A DNA stretch of 64,000 bases from Fibrobacteria bacterium (GTDB lineage Bacteria > Fibrobacterota > Fibrobacteria > UBA11236 > JADFYW01), in assembly GCA_050294405.1 (NCBI GenBank), contig JBNKOC010000025.1, positions 32,001 through 96,000 of the forward strand. Reading direction: 5' to 3'. Below, piece after piece: positions 19,610 to 29,696 of the stretch (positions are counted from its first letter, which is position 1; every line of letters starts with the position of its first letter). The notes under the pieces were generated by a model. The model did not search any database and had not been told where the DNA came from. It saw only the letters and a list, made by a program, of their open reading frames with translations. Made by a program: the position numbers and the translations under genes.

Positions 19610-20542
19610 ATGAAAAAAAGAATAGCCATAATTGGAACAGGTGCTGTAGGCGCTTTATATGGTTCGATTCTGGCAAAAAATGATCATGAATTGTTTTTCC
19701 TGGCTCGAAGCGATTATAAGCACATTGCTCAAAATGGCCTCAAAATCAAATCCAGGTATGGAGACATTCGTGTGGACAAGGTGAATGTGTATCAAAAATT
19801 AGAAGATTTACCTAGTTGCGACCTGGCCATTTTATCCACTAAAACCACCGCCAATTCAGGGCTTCTGCTGGAGTTATCCGAAAACGCCCGCAAATTTGAA
19901 AATATTATGATTTTGCAAAATGGGATTGGTTTTGAGGAAAAGTTGGGACAGTATGTGGAAGCTCAAAAAATTATTGGAGCTACCTGTTTTATTTGCTCCA
20001 GCAAAATTGGCCCAGGTTATATACATCACCAGGATTATGGAAGCATCAAGTTAGCTCCCTTCGCAGAATCTTCGGCCTTAGCTTCCCAAATGTGGAAGAA
20101 GCTTTTTGAAGAAGCTGGCCTGGAGGTGATATATTCTGAAAATTTAAAGAAGGAACGGTGGAAAAAATTATTCTGGAACATACCTTTTAACGGCCTTTCT
20201 GTGGTTTTGAACAGCACCACCCAGCCCTTGGTATCACAAAAACATACAAGCGCACTGATTTTAGATTTAATGGAGGAAGTGCGCCAAATGGCTTTCGCAT
20301 GTGGTGTAGAAGTAAAACAGAGTTTTATTGAAAAAATGTTTGTTGACACCCAAAAAATGACGGATTATAAACCCAGTATGTATCTTGATTATATTAACCA
20401 GCGGGAACTGGAGTTGGAATACCTTTATGACATACCTTTGGAAATGGCAAAGGAAAAAAAATGTGAGGCACCAAAAGTAAGAGCCCTGGCCCAGCAGCTG
20501 CATTTTATCAATGAGAAATTAGCTTGGCAAAATCAACCATAA
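19610..20542 (+). CDS. panE: 2-dehydropantoate 2-reductase (ApbA/PanE family)
   Basis: GTGAVG, LQNG, WKKL.WNIPFNGLS, SM..D.....LE.E. Confidence 0.88.
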   Translation: MKKRIAIIGTGAVGALYGSILAKNDHELFFLARSDYKHIAQNGLKIKSRYGDIRVDKVNVYQKLEDLPSCDLAILSTKTTANSGLLLELSENARKFENIMILQNGIGFEEKLGQYVEAQKIIGATCFICSSKIGPGYIHHQDYGSIKLAPFAESSALASQMWKKLFEEAGLEVIYSENLKKERWKKLFWNIPFNGLSVVLNSTTQPLVSQKHTSALILDLMEEVRQMAFACGVEVKQSFIEKMFVDTQKMTDYKPSMYLDYINQRELELEYLYDIPLEMAKEKKCEAPKVRALAQQLHFINEKLAWQNQP

Positions 20543-21321
20543 CAAACCCCAAAAAAGCCCCCGTGGTGGCCTTACTTACGGATTTCGGACTAAGCGACTG
20601 GTATGTGGGCGCTGTGAAGGCGGTGCTTTCCCATTGCAAAATACCCTTTCATTGCGTGGATATTAGCCATTCCATTAATCCTGGGGATATACATCAGGCG
20701 GATTTTGTTTTGGCCAATGTATATGAAAATTTTCCAAAGGGCACTATTTTTGTGGTGGTAGTGGACCCGGGGGTGGGGACGGAACGGCAGCCTCTTTGCA
20801 TAAAAACAGAAGACTACTTTTTTATCGGACCGGATAATGGAGTATTTACCCGCGTATTAAAAAAGGCTCAAAAAAAAGAATTGCGGAAAATAAAAGCAGT
20901 GAAAAACAATATAAGCCAAACCTTTCATGGCAGAGACATTTTTGCCCCTGCAGCCCTTTCTCTTTTAAAAGGCAAATCCTTTTCCTCTCTGGGAGGGCTT
21001 GTTTCTAACACCGTGGAACTTAAACAGCAAGGGCCTATTTTCAGACAAAAAAAAATAGAAGCAGAAATTATTTATATCGATAGCTTTGGAAATTGCATAA
21101 GCAATTTAAAACTTGATTCCAATAAGCAATGGAAGATAGCACAAGCTAGCTGCAGGGCTAAGAATTTTCCATTTAAAAACACTTATGGAGAAGTGGCCAT
21201 AAATAAAAACCTGTCTTTATGGGGCTCTTCCGGTTATCTTGAAGTGGCCGTCCACCAGGGAAGTGCAGCTGCCAAATACAAAATTAACCGGGGCGACAAA
21301 GTACAGGTTTTTTTGGGCTAA
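20524..21321 (+). CDS. SAM hydrolase / SAM-dependent halogenase family (DUF62)
   Basis: LLTDFG..D.YV, VVDPGVGT.R, GPDNG, S.TFHGRDIFAP, ID.FGN. Confidence 0.93.
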   Translation: MAKSTITNPKKAPVVALLTDFGLSDWYVGAVKAVLSHCKIPFHCVDISHSINPGDIHQADFVLANVYENFPKGTIFVVVVDPGVGTERQPLCIKTEDYFFIGPDNGVFTRVLKKAQKKELRKIKAVKNNISQTFHGRDIFAPAALSLLKGKSFSSLGGLVSNTVELKQQGPIFRQKKIEAEIIYIDSFGNCISNLKLDSNKQWKIAQASCRAKNFPFKNTYGEVAINKNLSLWGSSGYLEVAVHQGSAAAKYKINRGDKVQVFLG

Positions 21322-21328
21322 AAAAAAT

Positions 21329-22930
21329 ATGAAGTGGTTTGTTCGAAATGATATAGACGGCTTTTTCGGCCTTGCGTTGGATAACCTAATTCAGCTGTTG
21401 CTAATTGTGGGCCTTTGTTTAACAGTTTTGGGTTTTGGACCCCAACTGATTTTTGCCAAAATTCTTCCTGCTGCGGCCCTATCCCTAATTGTGGGCAATG
21501 TTTATTACAGTTACCTGGCGGTTAAGCTGGGAAAGGCAAATAATCGAAACGATTATTGCGCATTGCCTTACGGAATTAATACCCCATCCGTATTCATATA
21601 TGTTTTTTTAGTGATGTTGCCGGTAAAGTTAAAAGCGCTTGCCGATGGAATCCCCCCTGAGCAGGCTTCGGATTTAGCCTGGAAGGCTGGGCTCATTGCC
21701 TGTTTGGGTTCGGGGCTTATAGAATTTGCCGGTTCCTTTGTGGCTGAAAAAATCAGAAAATCGGCTCCCAGGGCGGCTATGTTATCTACCCTGTCGGGAA
21801 TAGCCCTGGGGTTTATCTCCCTACCCTTTTTGTTTAGAACTTTTGCCCATCCGGTGATTGGTTTTGTGACCCTTTCCATTATATTGGTGAGTTATTTTGG
21901 AAAAGTGCGGTTTAAGGGAAAGTTACCTGGAGGCTTGGTCGCTATTGCCGTAGGAATTGTGCTATCAAAAATTCCGGCTGTGGCTCCCAACGCCTTGTCT
22001 GCCCCAGTTTCCCTGGGCTTTTATTTCCCTTTTCCGGTTTTTGGGGATATTTACGAGGCGATTCAGCAGGGATTTTTTTCCCATTATCTAAGTGTCATTA
22101 TTCCCATGGGCGTATTTAATGTATTGGGCTCTTTACAAAACATCGAATCAGCCGAAGCGGCAGGAGATTCTTACCCAACGGGAAAAGCTCTTGCGGTAAA
22201 TGGCGCGGGCACACTGGTGGCAGGGTTATTTGGTTCTTGTTTTCCAACCACCATATACATCGGACATCCCGGTTGGAAGGGGTTAGGCAGCCGGGCAGGT
22301 TATTCCATACTAAACGCCATATTTATAACCATCATATGTTTCACTGGCACAGTAGGTCTTATCTTTAATTTTGTGCCCATCGAAGCGGGCATGGCTATTG
22401 TGCTATGGATTGGAATTGTTATTACGGCCCAGGCCTTTTCTGCAGTTTCCCGAAAGCATGTCCCAGCTTCGGTGTTGGGGGTATTAATTGGCGTGGGAGC
22501 CTGGGGTACCTTTATGGCAAAGGCGGGTATGCGGGTTGCCGATGGCGCTTTGGGAAATGGACTCATATGGAATCAAAAAATTTCGGAAATTTCCAACGGT
22601 TTTTTGGGTAGCGATATAAAAATAACCGGAGCATTTGCTTTGGAACAGGGATGTATTTTTTCTGCCATGATTTTTTCTGCAATCACCGTAATGATATTAG
22701 ACAGAAATTTTATAAAGGCTAGTCTGTGGAGTTTGGTGGGCGCACTGTTATCCCTGCTTGGTCTTACCCATGCATTTGAATGGGGAATAAAGGATGCTTT
22801 TTTGGATGTGTTCTCCCCTGCCTGGCCCTGGGTTTTCGGCTATTTGGCTATGGCCGTTTTTTTTGCCATAGCCAAGTTTGTTACTGTGGAAAACAGCGAA
22901 GCAGATTTTGAAAAGGATGTAATAGCCTAG
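21329..22930 (+). CDS. NCS2/AzgA-like nucleobase permease
   Basis: DIDGFFGL.LDN, ALPYGINT, ESAEAAGD.Y, TTIYIGHPGWK; many TM segments. Start moved to the ATG at 21329. Confidence 0.85.
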   Translation: MKWFVRNDIDGFFGLALDNLIQLLLIVGLCLTVLGFGPQLIFAKILPAAALSLIVGNVYYSYLAVKLGKANNRNDYCALPYGINTPSVFIYVFLVMLPVKLKALADGIPPEQASDLAWKAGLIACLGSGLIEFAGSFVAEKIRKSAPRAAMLSTLSGIALGFISLPFLFRTFAHPVIGFVTLSIILVSYFGKVRFKGKLPGGLVAIAVGIVLSKIPAVAPNALSAPVSLGFYFPFPVFGDIYEAIQQGFFSHYLSVIIPMGVFNVLGSLQNIESAEAAGDSYPTGKALAVNGAGTLVAGLFGSCFPTTIYIGHPGWKGLGSRAGYSILNAIFITIICFTGTVGLIFNFVPIEAGMAIVLWIGIVITAQAFSAVSRKHVPASVLGVLIGVGAWGTFMAKAGMRVADGALGNGLIWNQKISEISNGFLGSDIKITGAFALEQGCIFSAMIFSAITVMILDRNFIKASLWSLVGALLSLLGLTHAFEWGIKDAFLDVFSPAWPWVFGYLAMAVFFAIAKFVTVENSEADFEKDVIA

Positions 22931-23721
22931 GCTTCTTCAACCCTATCCCATCTCGTAGCGGAATCTATTTTTAGGGAGACGGGCTTTCCATTTACATAAA
23001 CATCAATTCCGTTTTGGCAATTTTCGGCTTTGGCAAAGCCGTTAATATAAAACCTCCTTGGAAACTCCGATGTATTCGCTTTGGATCCATGAACTAAATA
23101 GGGATTCCAGGCCAGAAGATCTCCCGCTTTTGCTGTTAATAAATTTACCTTACCCAAGTTTTGTATAACCTTTTGGTTTTGCTGATTGCTCTGCCAACCG
23201 GAATAGCCACCTTCCAATAAGGGCTTTTTGTGTAAATGGCTGCCGGGAAAAACTTCCAAAGCCCCGTTTTCCCTGGTGGAACTGTCCACTAAAATCCCTG
23301 TTTGGATAAAAGAATGAAATAAATCCTGGTAGGCCGCATCGGGTTTTCTAAAAGTACAGTCCTGGTGGTATTGAAAGCTGATTCCATCTCCAGGCATTTT
23401 CCAATGCATTTGGTTTACAACCTGTTTGATGTTTTTTCCAAATAATTCGGAACATATGTCAAAAAGTCCTGGATGTAATCTTATTTTATTTAACTCTTCA
23501 TTTATAGTTGAGGCCCATTTAACAAACTTTAAACTTTGGGAGCTGGAAGTCTTTTCAAATTTAAAGCAGCAATGACCAACATCCGTAGTTTTAGAGTATT
23601 TTTGCGATAAGCGGTAGATCTCTTCAAAAGCGGAGGTTAAGGAGATTAATTCTCTTTGGCTGAGAAAATTTTTAATGTGTAAAAAGCCTACTTCGCGGTA
23701 TTGTTGAAGCCAGGGGTTCAT
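22927..23721 (-). CDS. PhyH-family Fe(II)/2-oxoglutarate dioxygenase
   Basis: HQD...NGAL...PGSH...AGD...HGS..N.S..PRR. Confidence 0.9.
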   Translation of the reverse strand: MNPWLQQYREVGFLHIKNFLSQRELISLTSAFEEIYRLSQKYSKTTDVGHCCFKFEKTSSSQSLKFVKWASTINEELNKIRLHPGLFDICSELFGKNIKQVVNQMHWKMPGDGISFQYHQDCTFRKPDAAYQDLFHSFIQTGILVDSSTRENGALEVFPGSHLHKKPLLEGGYSGWQSNQQNQKVIQNLGKVNLLTAKAGDLLAWNPYLVHGSKANTSEFPRRFYINGFAKAENCQNGIDVYVNGKPVSLKIDSATRWDRVEEA

Positions 23722-23860
23722 TTAGAGCTCCATAGCATTTTTTTTGAATTAGAAAGACACATGTTTTTTGAATTTTTGCGGAAGGCTAACGTTTATATTA
23801 TACCACGAAAAAGGATTCCAATACCAAACAGGGATTGGCTTTGGTATAATCAAAGTTAAA

Positions 23861-25639
23861 ATGGCTGGAAAAAATTCTGCAAAAAAGCGTTTTTGGAGGG
23901 GTTATTTGCAATCCTGGCCCTCCTTCTTTTTTCTTTTAGGAAGATATAAAAAATTTTTTCTGGCCCTGATTTTAATGGGGGCCCTTGAAATAGGCCTACA
24001 GGCCAGCATTCGGTATGCAAGCCAGAAAATTATTGATGATGTATTGCCTCAAAAAAATTACACCCTGTTAATAATAACATGCTTTATTCTCGCCCTATTG
24101 GCTTTAAGCCAGGTGAGTTTGGGAGGGATTGGAGAGTGGTGGAGTAAAAAAATTGCCGGAAAATTTACAAACGGTCTTAAGAAAAAAGTTTTTAAAAAGA
24201 TTTTACAATTGCCTGTTGAAAAATCCTATGGCCATAAAATGGGGGATAGCTATACATTAATCCAAACCGATACAGAAAATGTGGGCGGTTTGCTTCAAGG
24301 CGGTTTTTTGGCGCCTATTAAGGGAATGCTAATGTTAATGGTGGGTATGGGGTTTATATTTTTGCTAAACCCCTTAGCAGGAGCCATTTATTTGGCCACC
24401 TGTGTATTGGCAACCTTCGCGGGACTTTGGTTTATATATAAAATGCGTTTTTTACAAAGCGATATGCGCAGCAAACTTTCCGAGCTAAACAGCAGTGTAA
24501 ACCAAAGTTTGTTGGGCGTATCGACCATTAAAAGTTTTTTAAAAGATCTTTATTTTGCCAGAAAAAATATGTCCGTAGCCCAGAGCTTTTTGCGCAGCCG
24601 CTTAAAATCGCAAATGTATAATATTGTAGTCCATAGGTTGAGTTGGCTGATTTACTGGATGTTTATCGTTTTGGCCTGGTTAATTGGCGGTAGTTTTTGG
24701 ATAAAGGGCCATATGAGCTTGGGGGAGTTGGTGGCTTTCCATTTTTTTGCCGACTTTATATTCGATCCCATATTTATGCTTATCCATTCCCTGGGCGAAA
24801 TTCAAACAGGCCTCATATCTTCAGAAAAAATCCACCAGTTATTGCTGGAGAAAAAAGATATATCGCGTCCCTTTGAAGGTGTGCGGGTTAATAAACTGGA
24901 TAAAGATATACATATTAAAAGCCTGAGTTACCAATATCCCAACGGAAATTATGCTTTAAACAATATTGAGACAAAAATCAGACTTGGGAAGTTTACTCTC
25001 ATTGCCGGACCCAGCGGCGCAGGTAAAAGTAGTTTGTTAAAATTATTAATACGCTTAATGCCGCCGACTCAAGGTGAAATTTTTATCGGTTCTTATAATC
25101 TCAGCGGAATTAACCTTGGATGTTTACGTGAGAAAATGGCCTGGGTGCCCCAGGATATTTGGTTAATGGATGGGAGTCTTTTAGACAATGTGGTTTTTGG
25201 AAATAAAAATATTAGCCGAAAAGATATAGAGGAAGCCTTGGAAATCTCTCAATGCACAGGATTTATATCAAGCTTGCCCAAGGGGCTGGATAATCAAGTG
25301 GGGGAGTTGGGGTACCAGTTATCCGGCGGCGAAAAGCAAAGAATTGCTTTGGCTCGGGCCCTGGTGCAAAAACCAGAATTATTGTTGCTGGATGAATTCA
25401 GTTCTGCCTTAGATCCAGGGCTGGAGTTAAAAATTTTGCAAGGGCTAAAGGAGCTTTGTCCCAAAACCACCATTGTGGCTGCGGCTCACAGGCAAAGTCT
25501 TTTAGAATTTGCCGATGACATTTTGATAATGGAAAATGGGTCTTTGGCCTCTGAGGAATCTTTGAATTATGCAGGGAACCGGTTATTTTTTAATCAGAAT
25601 TATGGTTTACCCCCAAATAATCGAAGAGCTAATAAATAA
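23861..25639 (+). CDS. ABC exporter, fused permease/ATPase
   Basis: TM domain followed by GPSGAGKS, LSGGEKQRIALARAL, LLLDE, AHR. The ATG at 23861 is preferred as start. Confidence 0.92.
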   Translation: MAGKNSAKKRFWRGYLQSWPSFFFLLGRYKKFFLALILMGALEIGLQASIRYASQKIIDDVLPQKNYTLLIITCFILALLALSQVSLGGIGEWWSKKIAGKFTNGLKKKVFKKILQLPVEKSYGHKMGDSYTLIQTDTENVGGLLQGGFLAPIKGMLMLMVGMGFIFLLNPLAGAIYLATCVLATFAGLWFIYKMRFLQSDMRSKLSELNSSVNQSLLGVSTIKSFLKDLYFARKNMSVAQSFLRSRLKSQMYNIVVHRLSWLIYWMFIVLAWLIGGSFWIKGHMSLGELVAFHFFADFIFDPIFMLIHSLGEIQTGLISSEKIHQLLLEKKDISRPFEGVRVNKLDKDIHIKSLSYQYPNGNYALNNIETKIRLGKFTLIAGPSGAGKSSLLKLLIRLMPPTQGEIFIGSYNLSGINLGCLREKMAWVPQDIWLMDGSLLDNVVFGNKNISRKDIEEALEISQCTGFISSLPKGLDNQVGELGYQLSGGEKQRIALARALVQKPELLLLDEFSSALDPGLELKILQGLKELCPKTTIVAAAHRQSLLEFADDILIMENGSLASEESLNYAGNRLFFNQNYGLPPNNRRANK

Positions 25640-26141
25640 TTCAGGCCCCAGCCCTCTAGGCCCGGGAAAGCCAGCGTCTCAATCCAATAAACTCACAGAA
25701 GCCCAAAAATTGTTCTCAACCATGAGCGGTAAAAATTACGCCCGTTGTTGTGCGGCAGCTTTGCTTTTAAGATTGGATGACCTGGATGGAGCACACGATT
25801 TGGTTAATTCGGTTCACAGCGCTGAGGGCAGTTATTGGCATGGTTTAATGCATAGGCGCGAGCCCGATATTCACAACAGCAATTACTGGTTTAAAAAGGT
25901 ATCCGTCCATCCTATTTTCGAAGCCCTTCGCTTTGAGGCTATAAAGCATTCTCATAAATACGGATTGTCCAAATCTATTTTAGACTCTCTGAATGCCCCT
26001 GATTGGGACCCTTATTTTTTTAACTCTTTATGCGAGAAATCACGGGAAAAAAATAACCCATTGGAAAAATTTTGTATGGATGTACAGGAAGAAGAGTGGA
26101 AACTATTATTCCAATACTGTTACGAAAATGCCCGCCAATAA
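25602..26141 (+). CDS. Conserved hypothetical protein (WHG.MHRRE.D motif)
   Basis: AH...YWHGLMHRREPD..NS.YWF, WDPY.F..LC, QEEEW..LF.YC. Confidence 0.75.
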   Translation: MVYPQIIEELINNSGPSPLGPGKPASQSNKLTEAQKLFSTMSGKNYARCCAAALLLRLDDLDGAHDLVNSVHSAEGSYWHGLMHRREPDIHNSNYWFKKVSVHPIFEALRFEAIKHSHKYGLSKSILDSLNAPDWDPYFFNSLCEKSREKNNPLEKFCMDVQEEEWKLLFQYCYENARQ

Positions 26142-26164
26142 AATTATGCGGCATAATTTTTAAA

Positions 26165-26345
26165 CTTATGGGGAACTCAAAAAATTGATGATCGTGACAT
26201 TAGACGAGGCGTTTGAAGAGGAACCGAAGCGGAACGCGAGCTTGAAGGAGCCAAACGACGCCCAAAAACCGGAGTTTACTACCTGTAAATGAGGGCTTTG
26301 ACGATGAAAACAACGACGTATCATGTCACGAGGGCGATTTTAAAA
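26165..26345. repeat. Intergenic palindromic repeat (RPE/REP-like), copy C
   Basis: Inverted repeat tcgtgacat (26192-26200) / atgtcacga (26323-26331); central tttac-N5-gtaaa hairpin; blocks shared with 12076-12183 and 36284-36298. Confidence 0.75.
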
Positions 26346-26368
26346 CTTTAAAATATAACGAGGATATT

Positions 26369-26947
26369 ATGGAAGTAACATCACAAATGTTAGAACTAGG
26401 AACCATGGCTCCTGATTTTACTCTACTGGATGTGGTTAGTAACAAAGAGCTTTCTCTTAAGGATGTTGCCGGTGAAAAAGGTCTTTTGGTTGCCTTTATT
26501 TGCAACCACTGTCCCTTTGTGGTTCATGTGCAGGAAGAGCTCAGTCGCTTGAGTAAAGAGTATCCGCCCCGGGGGATTGCCATGGTGGGCATATGTTCCA
26601 ACAATATTGATACGCATCCTGCGGACAGTCCCGAAAAAATGGCTCTTAGAGCCAAAGAGGCGGATTATCATTTTCCTTATTTGCACGATGCCACTCAGGA
26701 TGTAGCCAAAAGCTATAAGGCGGCTTGCACCCCTGACCTATTTTTATTTGATGGGGATTTGCGCTTGTATTACCGGGGCCAAATAGATGATAGCCGGCCC
26801 TCTAATGGAATGGAAGTTACAGGGAAAGATATCAGAGAGGCAATGGAAAGTATGTTAGCCTTAAAACCAGCTCCCAGTTTACAAAAACCCAGCATAGGAT
26901 GTAACATCAAATGGAAGCCGGGCAACGCCCCCGATTATTTTGGATAA
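26369..26947 (+). CDS. Thioredoxin-like/AhpC-TSA family redoxin
   Basis: APDF.L, FICNHCPFV, AACTPD.F.F, Y.GQ.DD.RP, SIGCNIKW. Confidence 0.92.
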   Translation: MEVTSQMLELGTMAPDFTLLDVVSNKELSLKDVAGEKGLLVAFICNHCPFVVHVQEELSRLSKEYPPRGIAMVGICSNNIDTHPADSPEKMALRAKEADYHFPYLHDATQDVAKSYKAACTPDLFLFDGDLRLYYRGQIDDSRPSNGMEVTGKDIREAMESMLALKPAPSLQKPSIGCNIKWKPGNAPDYFG

Positions 26948-27938
26948 AAACAATACATTAAGCGCAAAGGCCGCGGTTTTTAACAAGTATGGCATTCCTG
27001 CTAAAGTGTTGGAATGTCAAAATTGGCCAACCGCCCCCATAGGGCCGGAGGATGTATTGGTTAAAATGCAGTATGCCCCCATTAACCCGGCGGATTTTGG
27101 GACCATTATGGGAGTCTATGGCATTAAACGAACTCCCCCTGCTGTGGGCGGCAATGAAGGTATGGGGGTTGTGGAATCGATTGGCCCCGAGGTTAGAGGG
27201 ATAAAGCCTGGAGATAGGGTGGCTTTTATTCAATCCCATGCTGCCTGGTGCGAATATGTTGTAAGCCCTGGATCCAATATTATTCCACTGAGAGAAAAAC
27301 TGGATGCTGTGCAGGCTTCCATGTTATCGGTGAATCCCATGACATCATGGCGCTTATTACATGATTTTGTGAAGTTAGATTCCAGTAGCCTGGTTATTCA
27401 AAATGCCGCAAATTCCGCTGTGGGCATAATGGTAAATCAAATTTGTGCACACAAAGGCTGGAGTTGTCTTAACTTAGTTCGCCGAAAAGAGGCCTTGGAT
27501 TTTATGGAAGAGCTGGGTTTTAAAGCTTTTCTGGAAACTGAAGTAGACTTTGAGAAAATAAACAGCGAGTTCCCCCATAAAAAGATAACCCTTGGCCTAA
27601 ATGCAGTAGGGGGAAAGAGTGCTTTGCAGTTAATTAAACTACTTGCACCCAATGGAGTTTTGGCCACTTATGGCGGGGCCGATGGCGCTCCGGTTCGCTT
27701 CCCAACCCGGGAGCTTATTTTTTCAAATATTCAACTGCGCGGATTCTGGAGAAATACTTGGCTATCCACCAATAGTCCAGAAACAATTTTAGCAGAATAT
27801 GAAAATTTACAGGCTTTATTTGAGCAGCAGGTTTTAAAAATTCCAGTGGCTGAGTGCTTTTCGCTGGAAGAATTACCTGCGGCCATTGAAGCTGCAGGGT
27901 ATGGCAAAAGACTAGGAAAAATCCTGTTTAAACTGTAA
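26940..27938 (+). CDS. 2-enoyl-thioester reductase (MDR family, MECR/Etr1-like)
   Basis: APINPAD...G.Y, GGNEG.G, VNP.T, IQNAANS.VG, LNAVGG, LRGFW. Confidence 0.88.
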   Translation: MDKNNTLSAKAAVFNKYGIPAKVLECQNWPTAPIGPEDVLVKMQYAPINPADFGTIMGVYGIKRTPPAVGGNEGMGVVESIGPEVRGIKPGDRVAFIQSHAAWCEYVVSPGSNIIPLREKLDAVQASMLSVNPMTSWRLLHDFVKLDSSSLVIQNAANSAVGIMVNQICAHKGWSCLNLVRRKEALDFMEELGFKAFLETEVDFEKINSEFPHKKITLGLNAVGGKSALQLIKLLAPNGVLATYGGADGAPVRFPTRELIFSNIQLRGFWRNTWLSTNSPETILAEYENLQALFEQQVLKIPVAECFSLEELPAAIEAAGYGKRLGKILFKL

Positions 27939-27987
27939 AAGCAAATTCAGCAAGATTTCCATTAATTTTTATATTTTGAGCCATTGA

Positions 27988-29694
27988 TTGTTGGATTTTC
28001 CCTTCAACCCCGGGGTATTCTTGTCTTTATTTCTGATGGTTTCGGGTTTGGCCCTGTTTTACTTTTTAGGTTACCGCTGGTGGGGCCGCATTTTAGAATC
28101 CAAAGGCTTTAATGTTTCCGCCGATGAACCTATGCCCGCTAATGATCCCACTCTTCGGGATAATGTGGATTACATGCCAGTCAAGTTACACTTGCTTTGG
28201 GGACATCACTACGCCTCCATTGCCGGTGCGGCCCCCATAATTGGCCCTGCCGTGGCCATTTTCTGGGGCTGGTTACCCGCCTGGATTTGGGTTGTTTTCG
28301 GAACCATTTTTATTGGCGCTGCCCATGACTTCGGGGCGCTGGTTTTATCTGCCCGCCACCGGGCAAAATCCATGGGAGAAATAGCAGGAGAGCTCATCCA
28401 TCCCCGGGTCAGAGTTCTTTTTCAAATCATCATTTACTTTTTACTGTGGATAGTTCTAACGGTTTTCTCTATGGCCATTGGAGTTCTGTTTAGCAAATAT
28501 CCCGCTACCGTATTGCCCATTAACATCGAAATCATCATCGCTCTTATCCTGGGATATTTATTCCATAAAAAACAAATCAAATTGCTTATTCCATCTCTGG
28601 TCGCCCTGGGCCTGGGTTATGCCATGATTGCCGTGGGAATCCGCATTCCCATTAGTCTTGGCGAGTTTGCCTACAGAGGAGATCCTATCTTAACATGGGC
28701 CATATTTCTCCTTGTTTACGCTGCGGTTGCCAGCGTTTTGCCTGTGTGGCTTTTACTGCAGCCCAGAGATTACATCAACAGCCACAAGTTATTTATAGGA
28801 CTCGCCGTGCTGCTCCTTGGTTTTTTTGTGGCGCGACCCGCGATTTCTGCTCCTGTGGTGAACCCTAATCCGGAAGGGGCGCCCCCTATTTTCCCTTTCA
28901 TATTTGTAACCATAGCCTGTGGAGCCATATCGGGATTTCACGGGCTGGTATCCAGCGGAACCACCTCCAAACAAATCAGCAACTTAAAACACGCAAGGCC
29001 TATTGGGTACGGGGGAATGTTAGGTGAGGGAGTTTTGGCTCTTATAGCCACTCTGGCCGTTGCTTCGGGAATTCCCGATTGGGGAGAGCATTACCATTCC
29101 TTTAACGAAAACGGAATTAACGCCATTTCCAATTTTGTTTTGGGTGCAGGCACTTTTTTAAACGCCCTGCATATTCCTTTGGAATGGGCTTATCCCTTAA
29201 TCGCAGTTTTGGTAATATCCTTTGCAGCAACATCCATGGATACTGCGGCCCGAATCCAAAGGATGTTAGTGGCTGAAATTGGCTCTGCTCTGGGACTTAA
29301 TATTTTACGAAACAGGTATTTGGCTGCGGTTATTGCAGTGGGGCCCGCCATTCCCCTCGTTCTTATCGGAAAATCAGCCTGGGGGCCCTTATGGATGTTA
29401 TTTGGAACCACCAACCAGCTAATAGGAGCCCTTACCTTACTGGTTTTGTTTGTGTATTTGATAAAATCAAAAAAGCCAGTATTGTATTACGCCATTCCCA
29501 TGCTTTTTTTAGTATGTATGACAACTTTTGCTATGTTGTTTAATCTTATTCGCTGGGCTTTTGCGGATTCTGCTGCTTCAGGAGCCAATTGGAGCACCCT
29601 TTTTATTGGAGCTGCCATTTTGGCCCTGGAAATATGGATGATTGTGGAAAGCGCTATTGTCATAAAAAAATATATCAAGATTAATAAAGGATAA
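27988..29694 (+). CDS. cstA: Carbon starvation protein A-family transporter
   Basis: GHHYASIAGAAPI.GP, LLQPRDYIN, TIACGAISGFH..VSSGTTSKQ, LFGT.NQL. Start position uncertain. Confidence 0.95.
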   Translation: MLDFPFNPGVFLSLFLMVSGLALFYFLGYRWWGRILESKGFNVSADEPMPANDPTLRDNVDYMPVKLHLLWGHHYASIAGAAPIIGPAVAIFWGWLPAWIWVVFGTIFIGAAHDFGALVLSARHRAKSMGEIAGELIHPRVRVLFQIIIYFLLWIVLTVFSMAIGVLFSKYPATVLPINIEIIIALILGYLFHKKQIKLLIPSLVALGLGYAMIAVGIRIPISLGEFAYRGDPILTWAIFLLVYAAVASVLPVWLLLQPRDYINSHKLFIGLAVLLLGFFVARPAISAPVVNPNPEGAPPIFPFIFVTIACGAISGFHGLVSSGTTSKQISNLKHARPIGYGGMLGEGVLALIATLAVASGIPDWGEHYHSFNENGINAISNFVLGAGTFLNALHIPLEWAYPLIAVLVISFAATSMDTAARIQRMLVAEIGSALGLNILRNRYLAAVIAVGPAIPLVLIGKSAWGPLWMLFGTTNQLIGALTLLVLFVYLIKSKKPVLYYAIPMLFLVCMTTFAMLFNLIRWAFADSAASGANWSTLFIGAAILALEIWMIVESAIVIKKYIKINKG

Positions 29695-29696
29695 TT

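Noticed and set aside
20524..21321. Fluorinase/chlorinase
   Set aside because: The TFHGRD motif indicates the SAM hydrolase branch, and there is no halometabolite cluster context.
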